From NCBI GenBank assembly GCA_048940925.1, contig JBHLOC010000020.1, forward strand, positions 1 to 64,000: DNA of 64,000 nucleotides. The letters are read 5' to 3'. Within the stretch, counting starts at the first letter, position 1. The number at the start of each line of letters is the position of its first letter. The notes beneath the pieces are model-generated. The model saw only the letters and a list, made by a program, of their open reading frames with translations. It ran no database searches and had not been told where the DNA came from. Origin of the DNA: Promethearchaeota archaeon. GTDB taxonomy: Archaea > Asgardarchaeota > Lokiarchaeia > Sigyniarchaeales > SOKP01. This document shows, in pieces, positions 9,625 to 18,546 of the stretch. Position numbers and translations under genes: made by a program.

Positions 9625-10734
9625 TTATTTTTTTATTACCCAGATACAATCTCCACTTTCTTTTACAAAATTAGCCTTGGTAAATGGAGTTGAATCAATA
9701 AATTCTTTAAAGCTTTTTTCATCGTAGAATAGAGAAGCTTTCACTTCTGTGAATTTATGTGTAATATCAAAAAGTTGAAATCGTTTTTTCGGAGCAAATG
9801 TATCAGGAATCATACTTTCTCCAATAAGTAAAATCCCATCATCTTCCAATAATGAATATAAATAGTTAAACACATCTTTTCGGTAATTCTCATCAGTGTT
9901 CATTTCATGAAGAACTTGATTTAGTATAATCAAATCAAATTTCTTCTTAAAAGTGTGGGAAAATTCCTCAATTGACGTCTTAAAAATTTCAATCCTTTCC
10001 TCCCAGCTATTTTTACTAATTAATTCTTCTGCATGTGCTATTGCGATGGGATCGATATCAATTCCCACAAATCTTGCTTTTTTATACTTTTTTGCCCAGG
10101 TTTCAAGATTAAATCCATAACCACACCCTAATTCAAGAATTGTACCTCCTTTTTGTATTTTTTTACAAAAATTCTCGTATTTCTTTGAAAATAACCGTTC
10201 CACTAAGGTTCCAAACCTTGCCCCACGTTCTTGTATGTCTTTCATAACTTCTTTAGGTAAATCTAATATACTCCATACTTTACCTGTTCTGAAATTTTCT
10301 ATTAAAATATCCTGAGCTGGAGCAATGTAATAAAATGCACCGAGAGTTCCTCCAATATAAGATTCATTATTTCGGTCAATAAGTAAATCGTATACATAAG
10401 GTGCTGTTTTCAACATTTTATTTTCAGAATCAGAAACCTCAAGTATACCACATTCAAGTGCCAAATGAAGCCAACCATCTAAATACTTAAAATCTAAATT
10501 TAGGTTTTCAGAAAGTTCAATGGGAGTAAAAATCGCCACATTATCTTTACTAGAGTTATGTAATGATCTAACTTTTTCATATAAGTAATTAAAAATGCCT
10601 AAACGTCTACCCATACCAATTAGTATAATGGTATTAAATCCATAAAGACTGTCTATAGCAAATTTTTTTATCTGATTTCTAATAGAAATTTCAGGATTAT
10701 TATTATTTTTTTCAGCTATAATTAATTTCACCAT
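9625..10734 (-). CDS. class I SAM-dependent methyltransferase with N-terminal wHTH/dimerisation domain
   Basis: ILELGCGYG, GIDID, QVLHEM; Rv2258c-like architecture. Confidence 0.88.
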   Translation of the reverse strand: MVKLIIAEKNNNNPEISIRNQIKKFAIDSLYGFNTIILIGMGRRLGIFNYLYEKVRSLHNSSKDNVAIFTPIELSENLNLDFKYLDGWLHLALECGILEVSDSENKMLKTAPYVYDLLIDRNNESYIGGTLGAFYYIAPAQDILIENFRTGKVWSILDLPKEVMKDIQERGARFGTLVERLFSKKYENFCKKIQKGGTILELGCGYGFNLETWAKKYKKARFVGIDIDPIAIAHAEELISKNSWEERIEIFKTSIEEFSHTFKKKFDLIILNQVLHEMNTDENYRKDVFNYLYSLLEDDGILLIGESMIPDTFAPKKRFQLFDITHKFTEVKASLFYDEKSFKEFIDSTPFTKANFVKESGDCIWVIKK

Positions 10735-10797
10735 AATGTAATTTTATTATTTAGAATGATAATTTAGCAAAAATTAGACAAAATTAAATTTTCATAT

Positions 10798-11028
10798 TTA
10801 AATTTCTTTAAGAGTTACTACTTCTTCAGGTAAATATGATTTTAATATCTCACTTAATTTCATATTGTCTTCTATAGGAATACCCCTTATCATGAACTGA
10901 GATTTCTTTAATGGATCTACATCCCATTTAAATTCACTTAGAAGATATCGTTTTATTTCGATAAATTTAGCATCTGGTTCAAACATAAAATCATCCATAA
11001 TTTTTTTGATATCTTTTACTTTAACCAC
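10798..11028 (-). CDS. 76-aa ubiquitin-like (beta-grasp) protein without C-terminal GG
   Basis: Pattern EPD..F.EIK..L....P...QFMIRGIPIEDNMKLSE aligns by eye to ubiquitin EPSDTIENVK..I....P.QQRLIFAGKQLEDGRTLSD; GAGG RBS upstream. Confidence 0.55.
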   Translation of the reverse strand: MVKVKDIKKIMDDFMFEPDAKFIEIKRYLLSEFKWDVDPLKKSQFMIRGIPIEDNMKLSEILKSYLPEEVVTLKEI

Positions 11029-11118
11029 TCTTAGAACCTCTTCTTCTTGAGATGATTTACTTTCAGATTAATTATAATGTAAAATTTAAAATTTATAAAC
11101 TTTTAATTATGAAACCTG

Positions 11119-11913
11119 TCAAAAATACATTCTAATTGCTAAACCCATTAAGACTATAGCTACAAAAAATTGTAGATATTTTTTAGACATTTTACCAGAA
11201 ATTTTTGCCCCAAAAAAAGAGCCAAAAATAGTCCCTATTCCTATTAAAAGCCCTATTATATAATCAATTTCACCGACTATGCTTTTGGCAATAGTATTAT
11301 AAATTGCAGTAAAAAATATTATTCCAGTAGATATTGCTGTTGAATTATGTATAGGGTAATGTAGAATAATATTAAGGGATGGAGTGTTTATAATTCCTCC
11401 GCCAATACCTAATAGATTAGCAGTGAAACCCGCTAAGAAAAATAATGGTATAGTTTTTTTAAGATTTGTTTTGTAATCATGTTCGCTGAGAGTAAACTCA
11501 ACTTCTGGGTCTTGGTGATCTTGGTTATTTCTAGTTGATTTAATTGCTTTATATATCATATTTATTCCCGCTAATAATATGGTTGTAGCAAATAACATTT
11601 TTAAAATAGTATTATCTAACTTAACGAATAAAAATAATATAGTACTTGCAATACTTCCTAAAATTGAAAAAGAGGAAAAAGTTAACACTTGTTTTAAATC
11701 AAGTCTTTTATCTTTGAAATAAGTTAAAAAACCTGTCCCAGATGATATTAATATTATAAACACAGAAGTGTCGACTGCTAAATTTATAGGAATGAAGAAT
11801 ACAAGAACCATAAAGCTTACAAAAAAGATACCTCCACCAACACCTGCAATACAACTCAGTGTACCAAAAACAAAACCTGCTACTAATAAAATTATAATAC
11901 TAAGAGTGTCCAT
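11119..11913 (-). CDS. TauE/SafE (sulfite exporter) family transporter
   Basis: Repeated GVGGG/GIGGG motifs in two hydrophobic halves. Confidence 0.9.
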   Translation of the reverse strand: MDTLSIIILLVAGFVFGTLSCIAGVGGGIFFVSFMVLVFFIPINLAVDTSVFIILISSGTGFLTYFKDKRLDLKQVLTFSSFSILGSIASTILFLFVKLDNTILKMLFATTILLAGINMIYKAIKSTRNNQDHQDPEVEFTLSEHDYKTNLKKTIPLFFLAGFTANLLGIGGGIINTPSLNIILHYPIHNSTAISTGIIFFTAIYNTIAKSIVGEIDYIIGLLIGIGTIFGSFFGAKISGKMSKKYLQFFVAIVLMGLAIRMYF

Positions 11914-12045
11914 ATAATGTGAAATATAAAAGATTATTATTAGTTTTCTAATTGTTGAAGCTCTAAAGTGAATAATAATAAATTAGTAAAATGAGATTAT
12001 AATTATAATAAAATATTAAAATTAAGCATTGATAGATTATTAGTT

Positions 12046-12462
12046 ATGCCTAATTCTGATTCTGATAAATTATTACTAGAGTTAGTAGCATGTGACCGTT
12101 GTAAGAATCCTTTCATGATGCAAAAAGGAGAAAAATTAAAAAAACAACAAAATAATGAGGAAATTATCTGTGATAACTGCATTAAATTAGAGGAAAGAAA
12201 AAAAAGATTAGAGTTGGGTGTGTTAGATAGTGTAATTGAATCACAAAAGAAAATTGAAGCTTCTATTAAAGAAGTGAAAAATAAAATCGATCATTCAAAA
12301 GCTGTATTCAACAAAACGAAATATCTTAAAATGATTAAAAAAAAGTCTCAATCTCTTATAAAATCGATTGATCTCCTCCAAAAAATAGATGAAACCAATG
12401 ATGAAAAATATTTTGAAGAATACAAAAAGCTTTTTGAGAAAATGAAAGAAGAAGATTCTTAG
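12046..12462 (+). CDS. hypothetical Zn-finger plus coiled-coil protein
   Basis: CDRC...CDNC followed by Lys/Glu-rich heptads. Confidence 0.7.
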   Translation: MPNSDSDKLLLELVACDRCKNPFMMQKGEKLKKQQNNEEIICDNCIKLEERKKRLELGVLDSVIESQKKIEASIKEVKNKIDHSKAVFNKTKYLKMIKKKSQSLIKSIDLLQKIDETNDEKYFEEYKKLFEKMKEEDS

Positions 12463-12477
12463 TTTTAATAGGACTCT

Positions 12478-13236
12478 TTATAATTTTTTAAAAATAAATG
12501 CAATATTCATAATTTTTTTATGAGAATGGTATTTAGCATCAAGTTTCATAATTTTACTTGCAACACTAACAAAAATATCCCATAATTTCCTGAAAATGGT
12601 ATTAACTTCATATCGTTTTCTTAATTCAATGATATTTTTCTCAACTTTTTTGGGATTCGTCGACTGAATATCTGCAATTCTCATCAACTTACCATAGACT
12701 CCAAATATTTTCAAAAGCTTGAGTTTAGAATTTTTAAAAAGAGTTATAATCTGTTCTAATTCATAGCGTCTATAATGTCCTATTAACTTATCCTGATACG
12801 AATAAAATTTCATGCGATGCGGAACAGTAAGAACTAAAATCCCATTTTTTTTCAAAATTCTACAAATTTCTGAAACCGCTAAATCATCCTTTTTAATGTG
12901 CTCTAAAACATCAAGAGCACTTATAAAATCAAATACTTCATTTTTATAGGGTAATTTTATGAGATCTCCACAGAGAGGATACCCTTTTTTCTCATTAGTA
13001 TATTGTTTTAAAGGGAGTTCTGCTATATCATAATAAGATTTAAATTCAACATTATCTAAAAAGGAGAGAAAAGAATTTCCTGAAGAGCCGAGATCAATTC
13101 CCTGTGAAAATTTTCTTTTTAGATTAAGATTTTTTTTCAATAAATCAAATTTGCACCTTATTCCAGGAGAGATATAATACTCCGATAATGTTCTAAAAGA
13201 AAAATTCTTATGTTTATTGTAAAATTCTCTTGACAT
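12478..13236 (-). CDS. class I SAM-dependent methyltransferase
   Basis: IDLGSSG, LDVLEHI, LTVP, GHYRRY. Confidence 0.85.
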   Translation of the reverse strand: MSREFYNKHKNFSFRTLSEYYISPGIRCKFDLLKKNLNLKRKFSQGIDLGSSGNSFLSFLDNVEFKSYYDIAELPLKQYTNEKKGYPLCGDLIKLPYKNEVFDFISALDVLEHIKKDDLAVSEICRILKKNGILVLTVPHRMKFYSYQDKLIGHYRRYELEQIITLFKNSKLKLLKIFGVYGKLMRIADIQSTNPKKVEKNIIELRKRYEVNTIFRKLWDIFVSVASKIMKLDAKYHSHKKIMNIAFIFKKL

Positions 13237-13370
13237 TTAATATATCATTATAGAAATGACTCTTTGTATAATTCAATATAGTTCTTTCATAAAAATTTTT
13301 TTACTAAATTTAAAAAAAAAGTAATATTAAGAATTACATCCATCTATTTTAGAAAAAAAATTAGTTTAAG

Positions 13371-13778
13371 ATGATACAATTAAGTGTTTATTTAGAAGAT
13401 AAACCCGGTGAACTTGCTAACTTTATAAAGCTTTTAATGGATAATAGGATCTTCATACGAGCTTTAACAGTAGCAAAAACAAGTGAGTATGGCTTAATTC
13501 TAGTTTTAGTAGATAATCCAGAAAAATGCATTAGCCTATTAGAAAAAAATGATTTTATATTATCGACCACAGATGTAATTGCTGTAAGACTAAATGATCA
13601 TCCTAATGCCTTATATGAAATACCAAAAATTTTAGGAGATAATCAGATTAATATTGATTATTTTTATTCTACTTTAGTAAAAGAGGAATCTATGCTTATT
13701 ATCCGTGTGGAAGATAATATTATCACAAAAGCTTTAAAAATCCTTGAAACAAATGGATTTACTATAGTAGAAAAATAA
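13371..13778 (+). CDS. tandem ACT-domain protein
   Basis: QLSVYLEDKPGELA and DHPNALY..ILGDNQINIDYFY repeats. Confidence 0.9.
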   Translation: MIQLSVYLEDKPGELANFIKLLMDNRIFIRALTVAKTSEYGLILVLVDNPEKCISLLEKNDFILSTTDVIAVRLNDHPNALYEIPKILGDNQINIDYFYSTLVKEESMLIIRVEDNIITKALKILETNGFTIVEK

Positions 13779-13843
13779 TGCTTGTTGTTTTGATTCTCTT
13801 TGTCATTATTTTTCTATTTCATAATTCTCATTTTTTTACAAAA

Positions 13844-14029
13844 TTAAAAAAGGTTATCATCAAGATCTTTGTTCACTTCAGGGAATCTTCCCAATTCTTG
13901 CATAAATTGTTGTATTAATTCACATTTTCTTTTTGAGTATATCGGCTTTTCATCATAATTAGAATAAAATACTTTTGGTTGAATTAATAATTACACTTTG
14001 AGTGCTAAATGCAAGTTAGAAGTTCTTTA
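13844..14029 (-). pseudogene. remnant of the BzdV-type C-terminal domain
   Basis: TSNLHLALKV*LLIQPKVFYSNYDEKPIYSKRKCELIQQFMQELGRFPEVNKDLDDNLF* aligns to the C-terminus of 20233..22797; in-frame stops at 13991-13993 and 14027-14029. Confidence 0.85.
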
Positions 14030-14055
14030 TTTCAATCAAAAAATAAGGGTATGTT

Positions 14056-14472
14056 TTACTTGTTATCGAGATATATACATCCTGTTGGGCATACACTCAT
14101 GCATGAAGGTTGATTTTTCTTCTCTAGTCTCTTAATACATAAATCGCACTTTATAGCTATATCTTGATTATTATCAAATTGCATAGCCTTAAAATTGCAT
14201 ACTTTGATACATTCTTTGCATCCAATACATAGTTCACTATTGATTAAAACAATACCCTGTTCATTTATTGTTATCGCCTTTACAGGACAAACTTCCTTAC
14301 AAGGAGGATTTTCACAATGGTGACAGTATATAGGAATGAAATCAGGGGATTGCTCAATTACTCGCACCAATCTTGGTCCCACACCAAGTTTATGCTCCTG
14401 TTTGCATGCTATCTCACATGCATGACAGCCCATGCAATTATCCTTGTTAAATATTAATGAGATCTTTCCCAT
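14056..14472 (-). CDS. 4Fe-4S dicluster (DmsB-like) electron-transfer subunit
   Basis: Four Cys clusters: CMGCHACEIAC, CHHC..PPC..VCP, CIGCKEC, KCDLC..C..VCP; ATG at 14472 preferred. Confidence 0.9.
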   Translation of the reverse strand: MGKISLIFNKDNCMGCHACEIACKQEHKLGVGPRLVRVIEQSPDFIPIYCHHCENPPCKEVCPVKAITINEQGIVLINSELCIGCKECIKVCNFKAMQFDNNQDIAIKCDLCIKRLEKKNQPSCMSVCPTGCIYLDNK

Positions 14473-14482
14473 CGTGTTCTTC

Positions 14483-16573
14483 CTATTCATCTTCACAACG
14501 ATTTATATTACATAAGAGGACTCTTAAACTTGTTGCCCCCATTACTGGATCCATCGACTCATGAGAATTATCTGTCAGCAAATTAATGTTAGAAATTTTC
14601 CATCCGTGATCAAAGTTCTTGATCTCTGGATACCACCAGCCATGTTCTGCTACGATCACTCTAGGATCTATCCCAGTGTTCAATTTCGCCCGCTCCTTAA
14701 CACATCCCCGCTGTGATTCAATCCAAACCCAATCTCCTTCCCGTATGTCATGCTTTCTCGCTGTTTCGGGATGAATCTCAACAATGGGATCTGGTCTGAT
14801 CTCTCTGAGCCATGGTATCATCCTGTTTTCTGAATGAAAAAAAGTAGGAGACCTCAATCCAGCATTTAGAATATAGGGGTACCTTTTAGCTAAATCTGGA
14901 GTAGATACGGGGCTTTCTGGTATCTCTGTATATTTTGGTATAGGATCAAAGCCCCATTTTTCAAGAATAGTTGAGTATAGCTCAACTTTTCCTGTAGGAG
15001 TGGAAAAACCTTTTTCTTTGTATTTATAATATTTCATATCTCCTTGAAGATAACCTTTCTTCTTAAATTCATCCCAAGTTAGACCTGATGGTTCGAGTAA
15101 CCAGTCTAGGGAATCTTCCACAGTTTCCCACCATTCTTGACCTAATTTCTTACCCAATTCCATAAAGATCTTATGATCTTGCCAGCATTCACCAATTTCT
15201 ACGACTTTCTGCCTTGCAAATACATATCCATGAAACTTCCAGTTTTCCGATACATGATCCTGCTCAAGCCATGTAGCAGCAGGAAGAAAAATATCAGCCA
15301 GCTCTGCAGTCGGTGTCAGGAAGAAATCCGATACAACAAGGAAATCCAAACTTTTTAATGCATTATAAACCTCCCCTGCGTTCGCTCTTGAAACCACCGG
15401 ATTGGTCCCCACAAGATATCCTACTTTTACAGGATATGGTTTTCCAGTTAAAATAGCATCCCAAGCGCATTTTGGTGTGATGATGGTCATTCTATCAGCA
15501 AGTTTATATTTATCTCCTCCAAGACGTTTCTTTTTCTGTTTGGGAGTCAAAGCGCTATTAGCAGAAAATTCAGAGACTTTTCTAACAGGGGGTGGTTGGT
15601 AAAAAACATTACCCCCAGGGATATCGAGGTTTCCAGTAGCTGCCATGAGGCCTATTGCTGTCCTAGTGAAATCTGTACAATTGATATTCTGCTCTGTTGG
15701 TACACCCCAATGAATTCCAGCTGGTTTTGTAGTAGCATACAATCTAGCTGCATTTCGGATTAATTCTTGATCAATCCATGTTATTTTTTCCACATGGTTG
15801 AGTGGGTAATCTTTCATAATTCTTTCAACAAAATCATTCCAACCATGAATATAATGTGCCACAAAGTCCTTATCGTATAATTCTTCCTCAATAATCACTC
15901 TAAAAAATCCAAAAGCAAGTGCTGTATCTGTTCCTGGCCGTATCTGAAGCCAGTGGTCTGCCTTTTTAGCTAAAAAACTCTTTCTCGGGTCGATTACAAT
16001 CAGCTTTGCACCTTTTTCATAAGCCCGCCAGAAACTTACACCCTTATATTCATCTGGATTGGTCCATAGAGGATTACAACCCCACATAATAATACACCTG
16101 GGATTATTTGCATAATCACATACTGGATGCCTTCCACATGTGGTTAAACTCGCACCCACCCGTGAAAGATAACACATATGTCCAGCTGTAAGCATATTTG
16201 GGGTGCCCAACAAGTTTCCAAATCGGGAAAAATGACTCTCATAATCCCGACCGGTCCCCTGACCGATAATAATAGCTTCGGGACCAAACTTCTTAATCAC
16301 TTCATTGAATTTTTCGGTTATCGTGTCTAAGGCTTCTTCCCAAGAAATCCTCCGCCAATCACTCCCGATTTTTTTCATTGGATAAAGAATCCTATCTGGA
16401 TGATAAGCTAATTGTGTAATAGCTAAGCCTTTACTACACATAGAACCATAGCTTATTGGTGATTCAGGATCACCTTCCACCTTTATCACTCTACCGTTTA
16501 TCACGTGAGCGATGACTCCACATCCACCATGACAACTTCGACAGACAGTCTTAATCTTCTCGACTTTTTCCAT
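14483..16573 (-). CDS. Mo/W-bisPGD oxidoreductase, acetylene-hydratase-like clade
   Basis: CRSCHGGC 4Fe-4S motif, Cys metal-ligand motif GHMCY, RPGTD, ADIFLPAATWLE; no Tat signal. Confidence 0.85.
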   Translation of the reverse strand: MEKVEKIKTVCRSCHGGCGVIAHVINGRVIKVEGDPESPISYGSMCSKGLAITQLAYHPDRILYPMKKIGSDWRRISWEEALDTITEKFNEVIKKFGPEAIIIGQGTGRDYESHFSRFGNLLGTPNMLTAGHMCYLSRVGASLTTCGRHPVCDYANNPRCIIMWGCNPLWTNPDEYKGVSFWRAYEKGAKLIVIDPRKSFLAKKADHWLQIRPGTDTALAFGFFRVIIEEELYDKDFVAHYIHGWNDFVERIMKDYPLNHVEKITWIDQELIRNAARLYATTKPAGIHWGVPTEQNINCTDFTRTAIGLMAATGNLDIPGGNVFYQPPPVRKVSEFSANSALTPKQKKKRLGGDKYKLADRMTIITPKCAWDAILTGKPYPVKVGYLVGTNPVVSRANAGEVYNALKSLDFLVVSDFFLTPTAELADIFLPAATWLEQDHVSENWKFHGYVFARQKVVEIGECWQDHKIFMELGKKLGQEWWETVEDSLDWLLEPSGLTWDEFKKKGYLQGDMKYYKYKEKGFSTPTGKVELYSTILEKWGFDPIPKYTEIPESPVSTPDLAKRYPYILNAGLRSPTFFHSENRMIPWLREIRPDPIVEIHPETARKHDIREGDWVWIESQRGCVKERAKLNTGIDPRVIVAEHGWWYPEIKNFDHGWKISNINLLTDNSHESMDPVMGATSLRVLLCNINRCEDE

Positions 16574-16853
16574 TTTACATGTTTATTTAATTCTTTAAAT
16601 TAAAATTCTTTGCACCATTATAATTTTTCATTATTTTTATAATTTGAACTACCACTAGCTAGAACAAGTGGATTCCTAATTAACAGAAAACTGCACCACA
16701 AGATTCATGAATCGTGCCAGACAAATTTAATTCCTCTAACTCCTAAAAAAGAAAGCTTTTTTGATTATGATGAGAAAATCTCTAAGATTTGTTGTCCAAT
16801 TTTTAATGCTATTTTTAAAAATATTTATATAAAAGAAAGTGTTAATAGATTTC

Positions 16854-18479
16854 ATGACAATTCTTAGCCGTATATTGGGTAAGATAATGAAACTTCCACC
16901 AGCTAAGACTCGTAAAATCTTAGTTGATCGCGATCTCAAGGTTCCAATGCCCGATGGTGTTGAGTTGTTGGCAGATCATTATTACCCTCATGGAGATAGC
17001 AAACTTCCGACTGTTCTCGTTCGTTCACCCTATGGTAGACGTATCTTTTTCGGTCTCCTGTATGGGCGATTCTTTGCAGAACGTGGATTTCAAGCACTGA
17101 TTCAGAGTTGTCGGGGAACTTTCGGCTCGGGCGGTCAATTTTATCCCTTCTTTAATGAGCATGATGATGGCATTGCTACCATTGAATGGATCAAAAAAAG
17201 GGATTGGTTCTCCGGCGAACTTATCACCAATGGTCCAAGTTATCTCGGATATGCCCAGTGGACAGTAGCAGGCGATGCTGGATCTCTACTAAAAGCGATG
17301 GCTACTCAAGTTTGCAGCTCTGATTTCGGTTACGTGCATTATCCTGGGGGCTCTTTCTCACTCCATGGTAGTCTGTCTTGGACTGCGATGACTGCCAATC
17401 TGAAGAGTTCCAGCCTCCGCCGTAACATTTCAGATAAAAAATTAGTCCCTGCTTTAAATCACCTGCCCTTACAGGACGCTGTTGAACTCGCAATAGGGAA
17501 AGTGGTACCTCATTGGCAGGATTGGCTCGAACACAACAATCCTGAAGATGAATATTGGAAGCAAACAGACTTTAGAAAAATATTAACTAAGCTGTCAGTA
17601 CCAGTTAATATGGTTGGTGGTTGGTACGATATCTTCCTTCCATGGCAACTAAGAGACTACGCAGCTCTACGTGAAGCAGGTCATCAATCATTCCTTATGA
17701 TCGGCCCTTGGAAGCATGATGATATGGCTGTTATGATAACGGGTGTACGTGAAGCGATCTCTTGGTTCCATGCTCACCTAAGTGGTGATCGGAGTGAACT
17801 CCGGGAGGAGCCTGTTAGACTCTTTATAATGGGGGCTAATAAATGGCGGAATTTCTTGGATTGGCCACCGTCAGGTACTCTACTACAACATTGGCATCTC
17901 CAACCAAATAGTGGGTTAAGCCCTAAGGTTCCTACAGAATCCGAGCCTGACAATTATAGCTACGATCCTAGTGACCCTACACCGGCAGTAGGTGGTTCAA
18001 TACTTGGCCCAAATTCAGGTCCCAAAAAGAATAATGATTTAGAATCAAGATCAGATGTACTTGTGTATACAAGCGCTAAGCTTGAACAAGATCTAGAGGT
18101 TATCGGTCCTATACAAGCTGAACTCTATGTCCATTCCAACCTCGAATATACAGATTTCTTTGCACGCCTTTGTGATGTTAATTCCTCGGGTAAGTCTATT
18201 AACATTTGTGACGGAATACTCCGTTTAACACCAGACAAGTATAAATTGGAATCTGATGGGTGTATCAAGATCATTATTGATCTCTGGCCAACGGCATATC
18301 GTTTCCTTCGTAAACATCATATACGACTACAAGTATCGAGTGGTGCTCACCCACGTTTTGTACGTAATTTTGGTACTGGAGAACCGTTAGCAACCGCAAC
18401 AAAGCTCATTATTGCTGAACAGACTATATATCACGATCCAACTCATCCATCTGCGATTATTCTCCCAGTTATGAAGTGA
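16854..18479 (+). CDS. CocE/NonD family serine hydrolase
   Basis: VPMPDGVELLAD, RSPYG, GPSYLG, GWYD, GPWKH, PepX-like C-domain. Confidence 0.92.
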   Translation: MTILSRILGKIMKLPPAKTRKILVDRDLKVPMPDGVELLADHYYPHGDSKLPTVLVRSPYGRRIFFGLLYGRFFAERGFQALIQSCRGTFGSGGQFYPFFNEHDDGIATIEWIKKRDWFSGELITNGPSYLGYAQWTVAGDAGSLLKAMATQVCSSDFGYVHYPGGSFSLHGSLSWTAMTANLKSSSLRRNISDKKLVPALNHLPLQDAVELAIGKVVPHWQDWLEHNNPEDEYWKQTDFRKILTKLSVPVNMVGGWYDIFLPWQLRDYAALREAGHQSFLMIGPWKHDDMAVMITGVREAISWFHAHLSGDRSELREEPVRLFIMGANKWRNFLDWPPSGTLLQHWHLQPNSGLSPKVPTESEPDNYSYDPSDPTPAVGGSILGPNSGPKKNNDLESRSDVLVYTSAKLEQDLEVIGPIQAELYVHSNLEYTDFFARLCDVNSSGKSINICDGILRLTPDKYKLESDGCIKIIIDLWPTAYRFLRKHHIRLQVSSGAHPRFVRNFGTGEPLATATKLIIAEQTIYHDPTHPSAIILPVMK

Positions 18480-18546
18480 TTGTTAATTAATAAACCGAAA
18501 AAGTTAGAAAATAAAAAAAACACACTTTAAAAAAAGTCTAGATTCT

